A DNA stretch of 64,000 bases, taken from the IMG/VR virus record IMGVR_UViG_3300013094_000041; one strand, 5' to 3'. Origin of the DNA: an uncultured virus (IMG/VR IMGVR_UViG_3300013094_000041) (lineage: Duplodnaviria; Heunggongvirae; Uroviricota; Caudoviricetes). Under the pieces are notes generated by a model that saw only the letters and a list, made by a program, of their open reading frames with translations, had not been told where the DNA came from and did no database searches. Both the position numbers and the translations under genes were made by a program. Below, one piece after another: positions 16,498 through 26,268 of this stretch; the first letter of the stretch is position 1; every line of letters starts with the position of its first letter.

Positions 16498-16736
16498 TGC
16501 TAAAGAAAATACAAAGCTGGATCTATTGGTGGAAATTAGGACGTAAGGCTAAAAAACATTTGAAATGGCAAGTTGCAAGAGCTAAAAGCATGGGTCCTGC
16601 AAAACCGCCAACAAGTAAAGAATTGGAAGACTTTAAGAAAGAATGGGATCTAGGTTGGGATTCTCATATGGTTCAAAAAGTAGTTAACAAACGCACTTAT
16701 TATGAAGCAGAACTAGGAACAAATTATGGCAATTGA
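16497..16736 (+). CDS. hypothetical protein inserted between terL and portal
   Basis: Coupled ORF. Confidence 0.5.
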   Translation: MLKKIQSWIYWWKLGRKAKKHLKWQVARAKSMGPAKPPTSKELEDFKKEWDLGWDSHMVQKVVNKRTYYEAELGTNYGN

Positions 16737-19197
16737 AAAAGGTTTATACCAAGCCCCTCAAGGGATCGAAGCTCTAGCACAACAAGAGCCAGACATTGAA
16801 ATTGAGATCGAGGATCCTGAAGAAGTGAATATTGGGGTGGATGGCATGGAGATTTCTCTAGAGCCAGGGGTAGAAACTGCTGATGACTTCGATGCCAACT
16901 TAGCGGAATACATGAGCGAGTCTGAACTGGCTTCTGTAGTCGGAGATTTAATGGGCGAATACGAGGCTGACGTAGCTTCGCGCAAAGACTGGATTCAGAC
17001 TTATGTAGATGGATTAGAGCTTCTCGGCTTGAAGATTGAAGAGCGGACTGAGCCATGGGAAGGTGCTTGTGGCGTATTCCACCCTATCCTATCTGAAGCC
17101 GTAGTCAAGTTCCAAGCCGAAATGATTATGGAGACTTTCCCAGCCGCAGGTCCTGTAAAGACCCAAATCATCGGTAAAGAAACTCCAGAGAAAAAAGAAT
17201 CAGCTCAGCGTGTCCAAGATGACATGAACCATCAATTAACAGATGTCATGCAAGAGTATCGCCCTGAACATGAGCGTTTACTTTGGGGCTTGGGGATTGC
17301 TGGTAATGCCTTTAAGAAGGTGTACTTTGACCCTTCTTTAAACCGTCAGGTTGCAATGTTCTGCCCAGCAGAAGATATTGTTGTTCCTTACGGCGCATCT
17401 AATCTTGAGTCGGCAGAACGCGTAACCCATGTGATGCGTAAGACTGAGAATGATATTTTAAGATTACAAGCCGCTGGCTTTTACCGTGATGTAGATCTCG
17501 GAACTCCAGATAACGTCTTAGACGAAGTTGAAAAGAAAATCGCCGAGAAGCTAGGGTTTAGAGCTACTTCCGATGACCGATATAAAGTTTTGGAAATGCA
17601 CGTTAACTTGGACTTACCAGGTTTCGAGCATACCGATGAAAACGATGAGATGACTGGCATTGGAATGCCGTATGTCGTGTCGATTGAAAAAGGATCCGGT
17701 ACGGTACTAGCGATCCGCAGAAACTGGAACCCAGATGATGAAACTCATAAGAAGCGCCAGCACTTTGTTCACTACGGATATATTCCGGGTTTTGGTTTTT
17801 ATTGTTTTGGTCTTATCCATCTTATCGGTGCTTTTGCTAAATCTGGTACTTCCATACTCCGCCAGTTGGTTGATGCAGGGTCACTTGCAAATCTGCCAGG
17901 CGGCTTTAAGACCCGTGGGATGCGAATTAAGGGTGATGACACACCGATAGCCCCAGGAGAATTTAGAGATGTAGACGTTCCATCTGGGACAATGAAAGAC
18001 AACATCTTGCCGTTGCCATACAAAGAACCATCTATTGTTTTGGCTCAACTGCTTGATAAGATCGTGGACGAAGGCCGTAGGTTTGCTTCTGCCGCGGATC
18101 TTAAAGTTGCAGATATGTCAGGGAATACCCCAGTAGGGACAACCCTTGCAATCTTGGAAAGAACTCTTAAGGTAATGTCTGCGGTACAAGCCCGTATTCA
18201 TTATTCAATGAAACAAGAGTTCCGTCTGCTTAAGAAGATTATTGCTGACTACACTCCTGAAGAATACAATTATGAGCCAAGCGAAGGTCGCCGTTCTGCC
18301 AAGCGTTCTGACTATGACAATGTAGACGTCATCCCAGTAAGCGATCCTAACGCGGCAACGATGAGCCAAAAGGTAATGCAGTATCAAGCTGCATTGCAGT
18401 TAGCCCAGCAAGCGCCACAGCTTTACAACTTACCATTGCTACATCGTCAGATGTTAGATGTTCTTGGTATAAAAGAAGCAAACAAGCTGGTGCCATTACC
18501 AGATGATCAGAAGCCTCGTGATCCAATTTCAGAAAACATGGCGGCGTTCAAAATGGAACCGCTTAAGGCTTTCTTGTATCAAGACCATCAAGCGCACATT
18601 ACAGTTCATATGTCCGCAATGCAAGACCCAAAGATGATGCAAATGATGGGTCAAAACCCAAATGCCCAAATGATCATGGGCGCAATGATGTCGCATATTC
18701 AAGAACATATTGCTTACGAATATCGCCGTCAAATGGAAGAAATGATTGGCGTTCCAATTCCATACGATGAGGAAAACGAAGATGGTATTCCAGAAGAAAT
18801 GGAACTTCAGATTGCAAGACTTGCTGCTCCTGCCGCGCAGAAGCTTTTACAGTTAAGCCAATCACAAGTAGCACAGCAACAAGCTCAGCAACAAGCTCAG
18901 GATCCGTTAGTTCAGATCCAACAGGGCGAATTGCAAGTTAAGCAACAAGAAGCTCAAACTAAGGCAATGAAGGCTCAGGCTGACGCACAAGCTAAAGGTC
19001 AACAAATGCAGATTGAGCAAGAAAGAATTGCATCTCAAGAACGCATTGCGAATATGCAACTACACGCTAAAGTCCAAAAAGACAACGCGCAAATGGCTAT
19101 TCAAAATGATATTGAGCATACAAGGCTTGCGGTGGACATCGGCAAGCATGAACAACAGATGTCCGTACAGAAGGAAAAACCAACGAAAGGTAGTTAA
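16726..19197 (+). CDS. portal protein (P22-like, long Gln-rich barrel)
   Basis: Position after terL, 823 aa, Gln-rich coiled C-terminus. Confidence 0.85.
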   Translation: MAIEKGLYQAPQGIEALAQQEPDIEIEIEDPEEVNIGVDGMEISLEPGVETADDFDANLAEYMSESELASVVGDLMGEYEADVASRKDWIQTYVDGLELLGLKIEERTEPWEGACGVFHPILSEAVVKFQAEMIMETFPAAGPVKTQIIGKETPEKKESAQRVQDDMNHQLTDVMQEYRPEHERLLWGLGIAGNAFKKVYFDPSLNRQVAMFCPAEDIVVPYGASNLESAERVTHVMRKTENDILRLQAAGFYRDVDLGTPDNVLDEVEKKIAEKLGFRATSDDRYKVLEMHVNLDLPGFEHTDENDEMTGIGMPYVVSIEKGSGTVLAIRRNWNPDDETHKKRQHFVHYGYIPGFGFYCFGLIHLIGAFAKSGTSILRQLVDAGSLANLPGGFKTRGMRIKGDDTPIAPGEFRDVDVPSGTMKDNILPLPYKEPSIVLAQLLDKIVDEGRRFASAADLKVADMSGNTPVGTTLAILERTLKVMSAVQARIHYSMKQEFRLLKKIIADYTPEEYNYEPSEGRRSAKRSDYDNVDVIPVSDPNAATMSQKVMQYQAALQLAQQAPQLYNLPLLHRQMLDVLGIKEANKLVPLPDDQKPRDPISENMAAFKMEPLKAFLYQDHQAHITVHMSAMQDPKMMQMMGQNPNAQMIMGAMMSHIQEHIAYEYRRQMEEMIGVPIPYDEENEDGIPEEMELQIARLAAPAAQKLLQLSQSQVAQQQAQQQAQDPLVQIQQGELQVKQQEAQTKAMKAQADAQAKGQQMQIEQERIASQERIANMQLHAKVQKDNAQMAIQNDIEHTRLAVDIGKHEQQMSVQKEKPTKGS

Positions 19198-19382
19198 TGG
19201 ATCCTTTAGATGTAGTCCTTAAAGAAGCAAGGGACAGAATCGAGATGCTCAGTGAGGCATTAAGAAGAGGTCATTGCACGAATTTTGAGGAATATAAGTA
19301 CACATGTGGACAGATTCGAGGTCTAGAGTCTACATGTTCAATAATTTTAGACCTTCAGAAAAATATGGAGAACTCCGAATGA
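19197..19382 (+). CDS. conserved small head-module protein
   Basis: EEYKYTCGQIRGL motif, coupled to the portal gene. Confidence 0.65.
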   Translation: MDPLDVVLKEARDRIEMLSEALRRGHCTNFEEYKYTCGQIRGLESTCSIILDLQKNMENSE

Positions 19383-19780
19383 GTGACCTTAAGTTAGACC
19401 AAGCAGTAGATTTATCAGCATTACTCAATAAAGACGCAGAAGACAAAGCACGTCAACTTCCTACTCCAGCGGGTTATCGCATTTTATGCGCCATCCCAGA
19501 GGTAGAAGAAGAATACGAAAGCGGCATTATCAAAGCAGACGCAACCATTAACTATGAAGAAAAGCTGGCAACAGTTCTTTTTGTAGTCAATCTTGGTCAA
19601 GACTGCTATCAAGATAAAGCAAGGTTCCCAAGTGGGCCTTGGTGTAAACCCGGTGACTTTGTAATTGTTAGACCAAACGCTGGAACACGCCTACTGATTC
19701 ATGGTCGTGAGTTCAGATTGATCAATGATGATTCCGTGGAGTCTGTAGTCCAAGACCCAAGAGGAATTAAACGTGCTTAA
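19379..19780 (+). CDS. GroES/Cpn10-like co-chaperonin
   Basis: LPTPAGYRIL..ESGII, GPWCKPGDFV and EFRLINDDSV. Start corrected to 19379. Confidence 0.8.
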   Translation: MSDLKLDQAVDLSALLNKDAEDKARQLPTPAGYRILCAIPEVEEEYESGIIKADATINYEEKLATVLFVVNLGQDCYQDKARFPSGPWCKPGDFVIVRPNAGTRLLIHGREFRLINDDSVESVVQDPRGIKRA

Positions 19781-19790
19781 GGAGTAATAA

Positions 19791-20747
19791 ATGTCACAAA
19801 ATAAAGACGAATACAAATTTCCTGACGAGATTGAAGTGGAAGGTACCAATACCGAAAACGCCAATGAAGACGGATTTGAGATTGAAATTGAAAACGATAC
19901 GCCTCCGCAGGATCGTAACCGTAAGCCTGTAGATCCTGACAAAATTAAGGAGCTAGAGGAAACGGATTTAGAAACAATGCAGCAAAACTCCGAGCAAGCT
20001 CTAAAAGACATGAAAAAAGTCTGGCATCAAGAGCGCCGCGAGAAAGAAGCAGCCTTACGGGAGCAACAAGAAGCCGTAAAACTAGCAAAATTAGCAATCG
20101 ATGAGAATAAAAGACTCAAAGAACGCTTATATACTGGTGAAACAGCCTTTGTTGATACTGTAAAGCAGTCTGCACAACAAGAATTGGACTCAGCAAAGGT
20201 AGCATTTAAGGCTGCATACGAATCTGGCGACTCAGATAAGCTCCTAGAAGCTCAAGAACGCATGACAAATGCGAAGATTAAGGCAGATAGAGCAGAAAAT
20301 TATCGTCCGCAACCTGAAAAAGCTTTACAACACCCTGAAGCTGATGTACAAATACAGCAACCGCAAGTAAATGCGCCCGATAAGAAGGCTCTTAATTGGC
20401 AGAAACAGAACGAATGGTTCGGTCAAGACGAAGAGATGACAAGTTTGGCACTTGGCTTGCACGAAAAATTGGTACGTAACGGGGTCCCGGCTGGATCAAG
20501 TGATTACTACGAAAGCATTGATAAAACAATGCGTAAACGTTTCCCAGAAAATTTTGAGGAAACAGAAGTAGAGGTAGATGAACCCGAAAAGGTTCAAAAG
20601 CCTAGAGCTAGTACGGTAGTCGCTCCGGCAACACGTAGTACGTCTCCGAAAAAGATTCGTATGAGCAAAACCCAAGTCCTGCTTGCGAAAAAGCTAGGTC
20701 TTACCCCAGAGCAGTACGCCCGTGAACTAACTAAATTGGAGTCTTAA
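19791..20747 (+). CDS. putative capsid scaffolding protein
   Basis: Acidic coiled coil with a C-terminal AKKLGLTPEQYA helix, upstream of the capsid genes. Confidence 0.6.
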   Translation: MSQNKDEYKFPDEIEVEGTNTENANEDGFEIEIENDTPPQDRNRKPVDPDKIKELEETDLETMQQNSEQALKDMKKVWHQERREKEAALREQQEAVKLAKLAIDENKRLKERLYTGETAFVDTVKQSAQQELDSAKVAFKAAYESGDSDKLLEAQERMTNAKIKADRAENYRPQPEKALQHPEADVQIQQPQVNAPDKKALNWQKQNEWFGQDEEMTSLALGLHEKLVRNGVPAGSSDYYESIDKTMRKRFPENFEETEVEVDEPEKVQKPRASTVVAPATRSTSPKKIRMSKTQVLLAKKLGLTPEQYARELTKLES

Positions 20748-20748
20748 A

Positions 20749-21192
20749 ATGACTGAAGTAAGAAAAACTCGTGATATTGATACCCGTGCAACTTATGAGC
20801 GTCCCCAGCAGTGGGCGCAACCAGATTTGCTCCCAGAGCCTGATAAACAGGCTGGTTTTGCGTATCGCTGGATTCGTGTTGCAACACTGAACACTCCTGA
20901 TCCACGTAATCTCTCAGGAAAGTTGAGAGAAGGATGGGAACCTGTTCGTATTGAAGAACAACCCAAATTCCAACTGCTAGTTGACCCTCAAAGTCGTTTT
21001 AAAGACAACATTGAGATCGGCGGATTGTTGCTTTGCAAAACTCCAGAAGAGTTTGTGGATCAGAGAAATACCCATTTCTCACGTCAGACACAAGCCCAGA
21101 CGGAAGCGGTAGACAACAACTTAATGCGCCAAAGCGACCCACGGATGCCTCTCTTTAAAGAGAATAAATCCTCAAGTAGCGTTGGTAAATAG
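20749..21192 (+). CDS. conserved head-module protein
   Basis: YRWIR...LREGWEPV...IGGLLLCK. Confidence 0.6.
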   Translation: MTEVRKTRDIDTRATYERPQQWAQPDLLPEPDKQAGFAYRWIRVATLNTPDPRNLSGKLREGWEPVRIEEQPKFQLLVDPQSRFKDNIEIGGLLLCKTPEEFVDQRNTHFSRQTQAQTEAVDNNLMRQSDPRMPLFKENKSSSSVGK

Positions 21193-21222
21193 TATTTTTT
21201 TTAAACTAATTAGGAGAATTAA

Positions 21223-21849
21223 ATGGCTTATCCAACCGTTTCTGCTCCCTACGGTCTAGACCCTGTTAACCGTGTTGACTTCATGCCATATGCTGGCGCG
21301 ACTCGTCAATTACCGATTGCTAGTACTTATAATACTGCAATCTACAACGGTGACATCGTCATGGTCAAAGGTGGCAATGTAATAAAGTCAAATGTAACTA
21401 TTGACTCCACAACTGACAACGCAGCGAACCTCACTTATGGTGTGTTCATGGGCGTTCAGTACGTTAATACACAAGGTCAAACTGTAGAAGCTCAATATTA
21501 CCCAGGTAATGCTGCAGCAACCACAGCTATCGCTTATGTTGTTGACGATTCACAAGCAGCGTTCAAAGTAGCTATTACTTATTCTGGTAATGCAACTGTT
21601 ACGACATCTAACGCATCTATTGTTGGCACTAATATGTCCATCGTTCAAGGTGCTGGTTCTGCCACCAATGGTAACTCTGGCTTGTCAGTTGCTGCTCCAG
21701 TTGTTGGTACAGGTAATGCTGCGGCATGGCCAGTACGTGTAGTTGCAGTAGTTCCAGAAACAGCAGTTAATGCTACGGCCTACACGGAAGTTATCGTGAA
21801 GTTGAACAACCCACAAATTCTGTTGGCTGCGGCCCAGAACTACGTCTAA
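21223..21849 (+). CDS. putative capsid decoration/cement protein
   Basis: Beta-rich Ala/Thr/Val composition, strong GGAG RBS, directly before the MCP. Confidence 0.55.
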   Translation: MAYPTVSAPYGLDPVNRVDFMPYAGATRQLPIASTYNTAIYNGDIVMVKGGNVIKSNVTIDSTTDNAANLTYGVFMGVQYVNTQGQTVEAQYYPGNAAATTAIAYVVDDSQAAFKVAITYSGNATVTTSNASIVGTNMSIVQGAGSATNGNSGLSVAAPVVGTGNAAAWPVRVVAVVPETAVNATAYTEVIVKLNNPQILLAAAQNYV

Positions 21850-21861
21850 AGGAGCTATTAA

Positions 21862-22770
21862 ATGGCTATTTCACGCGCACAGCTCCTCAAAGAGCTACTC
21901 CCAGGACTCAATGCCTTGTTTGGACTTGAGTACGCCCGTTACGGCGAAGAGCATAAAGAAGTTTATGAAACAGAAACTTCTGAGCGTTCTTTTGAAGAAG
22001 AAACCAAGTTGTCAGGCTTTTCTGCTGCTCCTGTTAAAAACGAAGGCTCAGCCATCGCTTATGACAATGCACAAGAAGCATGGACAGCTCGCTACAACCA
22101 TCAGACTATCGCCTTGGGCTTTAGCTTGACTGAAGAAGCAATCGAAGACAACCTCTACGATTCTTTATCAGCTCGCTATACCAAAGCTTTGGCTCGCGCT
22201 ATGGCTTATACCAAGCAGGTTAAAGCGGCTGCTGTATTGAACAACGGCTTCACCACTGGTTACAACGGTGGCGATGGCGTTCCATTGTTCTCTACACAAC
22301 ATCCTTTGGTTGCTGGTGGTTATAACAGTAACACTCCATCTGTTGCTGCTGACTTGAATGAGACTTCTTTGGAAGCCGCTGTAATTCAAGTTGCTGCTTG
22401 GACAGATGAACGTGGTCTGTTGATCGCTGCAAAACCTAAGAAATTGGTTGTTCCACCTGCACTCCAGTTCGTTGCAACTCGCTTGCTCGAAACTGAATTG
22501 CGTGTTGGTACAAACGATAACGACATCAACGCTATTAAGAACAATGGCTCTGTAGCAGAAGGTTATGCAATTAACCACTTCTTGACAGACACAAACGCAT
22601 GGTTCTTGACCACAGACGTTCCAAATGGTATGAAGCACTTTGTTCGTACTCCTTTGAGCAACTCTATGGACGGCGACTTCGATACTGGTAACGTTCGTTA
22701 CAAGTCTCGTGAGCGTTATTCTTTTGGTTGGTCTGATCCACTAGGTATGTTTGGCTCCCCTGGCGCCTAA
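21862..22770 (+). CDS. major capsid protein (Mu gpT-like, HK97 fold)
   Basis: MAISRAQLLKELLPGLNALFG, GGDGVPLFS..HP, LVVPPAL and RERYSFGWSD. Confidence 0.9.
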   Translation: MAISRAQLLKELLPGLNALFGLEYARYGEEHKEVYETETSERSFEEETKLSGFSAAPVKNEGSAIAYDNAQEAWTARYNHQTIALGFSLTEEAIEDNLYDSLSARYTKALARAMAYTKQVKAAAVLNNGFTTGYNGGDGVPLFSTQHPLVAGGYNSNTPSVAADLNETSLEAAVIQVAAWTDERGLLIAAKPKKLVVPPALQFVATRLLETELRVGTNDNDINAIKNNGSVAEGYAINHFLTDTNAWFLTTDVPNGMKHFVRTPLSNSMDGDFDTGNVRYKSRERYSFGWSDPLGMFGSPGA

Positions 22771-22795
22771 TATCGCTTAAAACTGATAGTTTTAG

Positions 22796-22826
22796 ACCCC
22801 GCCCAAAAAGCGGGGTTTTTTCTTTT
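22796..22826 (+). terminator. rho-independent terminator after the MCP
   Basis: ACCCCGC-7 nt-GCGGGGT followed by a T tract. Confidence 0.85.
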
Positions 22827-22865
22827 AAAGTGTTGTATTTCTCTGTACTTGTAGTATTATTAGAA

Positions 22866-22945
22866 AAACCGGGAAAACCGGCTTGTTAAACTGTCCCGGC
22901 AGATGCATACACTATTAACAGGCCTGATCTTTGTATGAAGGACAA
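22866..22945 (+). ncRNA. pseudoknotted RNA downstream of the Mu gpT-like gene (candidate Mu-gpT-DE motif)
   Basis: Interleaved pairings CCGGGA/TCCCGG, GGCTTGTTAA/TTAACAGGCC and CATAC/GTATG, the last next to the AAGGA RBS. Confidence 0.55.
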
Positions 22946-22951
22946 TTTATT

Positions 22952-23461
22952 ATGGCATTATCTACAACCTCAGCCGTATGGCGCTCAACTGGTGGCGATC
23001 AAACTCGCACCGCTTATGCTGGCTCCATGCGCATGGCTGCTCAGTTTTACATTGCTAACAGCTCTGTTACAGCAAACGTAGTAGTTTCATCTGCCGCTAA
23101 CGCTGCAGCTTTGATTCTTCCAGCTAACGCAGTGGTTACTGACGTTATCATTACTAACGGCTCTACAGGCGCCAACTCTACTGCAAACATCGGTTATACA
23201 CCATTGATTTCTATAGGTCCTGGTCAAACTACTACTTTAGGTACTAACGTTCCAGCGGGCTTGGTAAACAATGCTAACGTTGTTACTCGTACCACCATTT
23301 CTGTTGGTTCTACTGGTCAAGGCACTGCACTGGGTAACGTAGCTAATGCGACTAACTTAGTTGTTTTGACTAATGCTATCGGTACTGCTGGTGCTGTTGG
23401 CGGCCCTGTTACAGGTATTATTCAGTACTACGTAGCTGACAACGGTCAACAAAACGTTTAA
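22952..23461 (+). CDS. virion structural protein
   Basis: Start corrected to MALSTTSAVW. LPANAVVTDV motif, Ala/Thr/Gly/Val-rich. Confidence 0.65.
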   Translation: MALSTTSAVWRSTGGDQTRTAYAGSMRMAAQFYIANSSVTANVVVSSAANAAALILPANAVVTDVIITNGSTGANSTANIGYTPLISIGPGQTTTLGTNVPAGLVNNANVVTRTTISVGSTGQGTALGNVANATNLVVLTNAIGTAGAVGGPVTGIIQYYVADNGQQNV

Positions 23462-23469
23462 TTAATCTA

Positions 23470-23485
23470 GGGGGATTCGTCCCCC
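23470..23485 (+). other. UUCG-capped intergenic hairpin
   Basis: GGGGGA-TTCG-TCCCCC. Confidence 0.55.
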
Positions 23486-23509
23486 GCTTAAATCTTTAGG
23501 AGATTAATT

Positions 23510-23800
23510 ATGACGATGCAATATGACGTAAAAGCGGCCAATTCTAATTCAAGCGCACAGCTTGTTACTGGTAGAGTTCGTTTTAAAAGCGGCATTTTTG
23601 TCGGTGCGGGCACTGCTGGGTATGTTACTTTTTACGATACCGCTGCTAACTCCGCTACGGGTTCTGTTTTGTGGCAAATAAAAACAAATACAGGCGTACA
23701 GCCGTTTCAAATCTTAGTTCCTGGTGAAGGAATTTTGGCTCAAAATGGTATATATGCTGACTTTGCAAATGTGAATTCAGTAACTATTTGCTATGGCTAA
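23510..23800 (+). CDS. small virion structural protein
   Basis: MTMQYDVK...VPGEGIL..NGIY with an AGGAG RBS. Confidence 0.65.
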   Translation: MTMQYDVKAANSNSSAQLVTGRVRFKSGIFVGAGTAGYVTFYDTAANSATGSVLWQIKTNTGVQPFQILVPGEGILAQNGIYADFANVNSVTICYG

Positions 23801-24053
23801 GAAGAAAGGCCCTTCTCTTGCAGTTGGTAGAGGCGAGAAACTTCCTGTTTCTCAGGGGGCTGGACTTACCGCTAAAGGCAGAGCAAAGTATAATGCAGCA
23901 ACAGGGTCAAACCTTAAAGCCCCACAGCCTGAAGGCGGGTCACGGAAGAAGTCATTCTGCGCACGTATGTCTGGTATGCCGGGTCCGATGAAAGATGAAA
24001 AAGGCCGTCCTACTCGTAAGGCTGCTAGCTTGAAAAGATGGGCTTGTAAATGA
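23793..24053 (+). CDS. small basic conserved phage protein (RKKSFCARM motif)
   Basis: GLTAKGRAKYN...RKKSFCARMSG...SLKRWAC. Confidence 0.7.
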   Translation: MAKKKGPSLAVGRGEKLPVSQGAGLTAKGRAKYNAATGSNLKAPQPEGGSRKKSFCARMSGMPGPMKDEKGRPTRKAASLKRWACK

Positions 24054-24310
24054 TGGAGCTTCAAATTAATGACCCAGAAATCGTGACTGCTAGGGAATTA
24101 GCTACTCATGCTAACGACATTAAACACTTGCAGAACGATATGGACAAGCTGGTTAAAGACATGGAAGAAGTTAAGAAATGCTTATCTGAAATCCAGCGGT
24201 TATTATCTGATGATAGGGCTAGTAAGAAGACATGGCATACTGTAGTTAATGTAGTTGCTGTCTTATTTGGCGGTTTAATTGTGGCGCTTTTTGAAAAATA
24301 TGTTAAATAA
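24050..24310 (+). CDS. coiled-coil protein with a C-terminal transmembrane helix
   Basis: Heptad region followed by VVNVVAVLFGGLIVALF. Confidence 0.6.
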   Translation: MMELQINDPEIVTARELATHANDIKHLQNDMDKLVKDMEEVKKCLSEIQRLLSDDRASKKTWHTVVNVVAVLFGGLIVALFEKYVK

Positions 24311-24837
24311 TGCCTAGTACATCTAAAAAACAACACAATTTTATGGAAGCTATTGCACATAGCCCAGAGTTTGCAAAGAAAGCTGGTGTTGCACAGTCTG
24401 TTGGTAAAGACTTCGCGGCAGCAGATAAAGGTAAAAAATTTAAACAAGGTGGTGTTATGAAACATGATGATGCAGCACAAGACAAAGTTTTAATTAAGAA
24501 AATGATCGCTCAAGCTGAAAAGAAAGAGCCTAAAGAAATGAAAGAAGGTGGTAAAGTGAAAGCAATGACAATGAAGAAATTTTCTGAAAAAGAAACAATG
24601 GGTCCTAGCACTATGTCTAAAGATGTAGAAGCTGGTTCAAACAGTCTTGAGAAATTTGGTCAGTCTAAAGTGCAAAAACGCGGCTTGACTAAAGGCTCTG
24701 AAGAGCGCAGCAACAAGACTTTGAAGATTCAAGCTGGTGCTAAAGGCGGTAAAGGCACAATGAACGCTGCTCCTATCAAAATGGCTCGTGGCGGTGGTAT
24801 TGAACTCCGTGGCAAAACCAAAGGAAAGATGTGCTAA
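24310..24837 (+). CDS. Lys-rich putative internal virion protein
   Basis: MPSTSKKQHNFM N-terminus and three GG motifs. Confidence 0.6.
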   Translation: MPSTSKKQHNFMEAIAHSPEFAKKAGVAQSVGKDFAAADKGKKFKQGGVMKHDDAAQDKVLIKKMIAQAEKKEPKEMKEGGKVKAMTMKKFSEKETMGPSTMSKDVEAGSNSLEKFGQSKVQKRGLTKGSEERSNKTLKIQAGAKGGKGTMNAAPIKMARGGGIELRGKTKGKMC

Positions 24838-24840
24838 ATC

Positions 24841-25086
24841 ATGGCATATACAGAAACTGGTAAAGAGAAGGAAAAACGTGAAGCCTATTACAAGGCTAAC
24901 AAGGAAAAAGGTGTTCGTGCTGAAAAACAGCAAGAATACGAACGTTTTGGCACAACAGAACAAAACATTCCTAATGTTAACCCAATGGGCGATGTAGTTA
25001 CTCCTGCTGCTGGTATGAAAAAGGGTGGCAAAGTTCGTGGTCATGGCTGTGAAAAGCGCGGCAAGACCAAAGGCAAGTATATATGA
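24841..25086 (+). CDS. small basic putative internal virion protein
   Basis: MKKGGKVRGHG..RGKTKG C-terminus. Confidence 0.6.
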   Translation: MAYTETGKEKEKREAYYKANKEKGVRAEKQQEYERFGTTEQNIPNVNPMGDVVTPAAGMKKGGKVRGHGCEKRGKTKGKYI

Positions 25087-25334
25087 GATACTCCCGTGGT
25101 ATGGGCGACATAGCCCCTTCTAAGATGCCATCTGGCAAAAAGAAACCCCGTAGGGATAACACGGATTTTACTCAGTATGCAGAAGGCGGTAAGGTTGGCT
25201 TATATGACAATATTCATAAAAAGCAAGCCCGTATTAAGGCTGGCTCTGGTGAAAAAATGCGTAAAGCTGGATCTAAGGGCGCGCCCACTAGTGCGGACTT
25301 TATAAAATCTGCTAAAACAGCGAAGAAGAAATAA
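25083..25334 (+). CDS. small basic putative internal virion protein
   Basis: YAEGGKVGLYDNIH...GSGEKMRK..SAKTAKK. Confidence 0.6.
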   Translation: MRYSRGMGDIAPSKMPSGKKKPRRDNTDFTQYAEGGKVGLYDNIHKKQARIKAGSGEKMRKAGSKGAPTSADFIKSAKTAKKK

Positions 25335-26266
25335 TGGCAACAACCACAGGAACAAGTACATTTAATCTAGATGTAAATGACCTTATTGAAGAGGCATTTG
25401 AACGTTGCGGTAAAGAGTTGCGTTCTGGCTATGATTTCAAAACAGCGCGCCGTTCACTAAATCTATTGACAATTGAGTGGGCTAACCGCGGCATTAACCT
25501 GTGGACAGTAGAACAGGGCGTTATACCAATGGTAACTGGTCAGGCTATGTATCCTATCCCCGTAGATACGATTGACCTTATGGACACGGTTATACGCCAA
25601 AATAACGGCACTTCTAATCAGATGGATATCAACATCAGTCGTATCGCTGAGCCGACCTATATGAGCCTTCCAAACAAGCTCGCACAGGGTCGCCCAATTC
25701 AGGTGTATATCAACCGTCAGTCTGGGCAAACAAACCCAACCACGGCTGTTTTATCGGCTAATATCAGCTCTTCAGATACCACTATTACTTTGAGTTCTGC
25801 AACTGGCTTGCCTTCTGCTGGATTTATTCAGATTGATGCCGAGACCATTAGCTATCCCAATATTAACGGAACCCAGCTTTTAAACTGCGCCCGTGGACAG
25901 AATGGTACTACTGCTACATCACATGCTGTTGGAGCCTCAATTAGCAATCAAAACTTGCCAAGCATCAATGTATGGCCTACTCCTAATGCGCCTGGAAACC
26001 AGTACTTATTCGTGTACTACCGTTTGCGCCGTATTCAAGATGCTGGATCTGGCGTATATGTGCAAGACATCCCATTTAGATTCATTCCCGCAATGGTCGC
26101 TGGATTAGCCTATCAGCTATCCACAAAGCTTCCAGACATGGATATGAACCGTATTCCTATGCTGAAATCTGATTATGAACAACAGTTTGATCTAGCTTCA
26201 CAAGAAGATCGTGAGAAAGCTCCTATCAGATTTGTACCAAGAATGTCGTTTTACGGTAGGGGTTAA
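25334..26266 (+). CDS. head-tail adaptor-like structural protein
   Basis: IEEAFERCG..SGYD..TARRSLNLL..EWANRG.NLWT and IPFRF.PAMVAGLAY. Confidence 0.6.
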   Translation: MATTTGTSTFNLDVNDLIEEAFERCGKELRSGYDFKTARRSLNLLTIEWANRGINLWTVEQGVIPMVTGQAMYPIPVDTIDLMDTVIRQNNGTSNQMDINISRIAEPTYMSLPNKLAQGRPIQVYINRQSGQTNPTTAVLSANISSSDTTITLSSATGLPSAGFIQIDAETISYPNINGTQLLNCARGQNGTTATSHAVGASISNQNLPSINVWPTPNAPGNQYLFVYYRLRRIQDAGSGVYVQDIPFRFIPAMVAGLAYQLSTKLPDMDMNRIPMLKSDYEQQFDLASQEDREKAPIRFVPRMSFYGRG

Positions 26267-26268
26267 AC

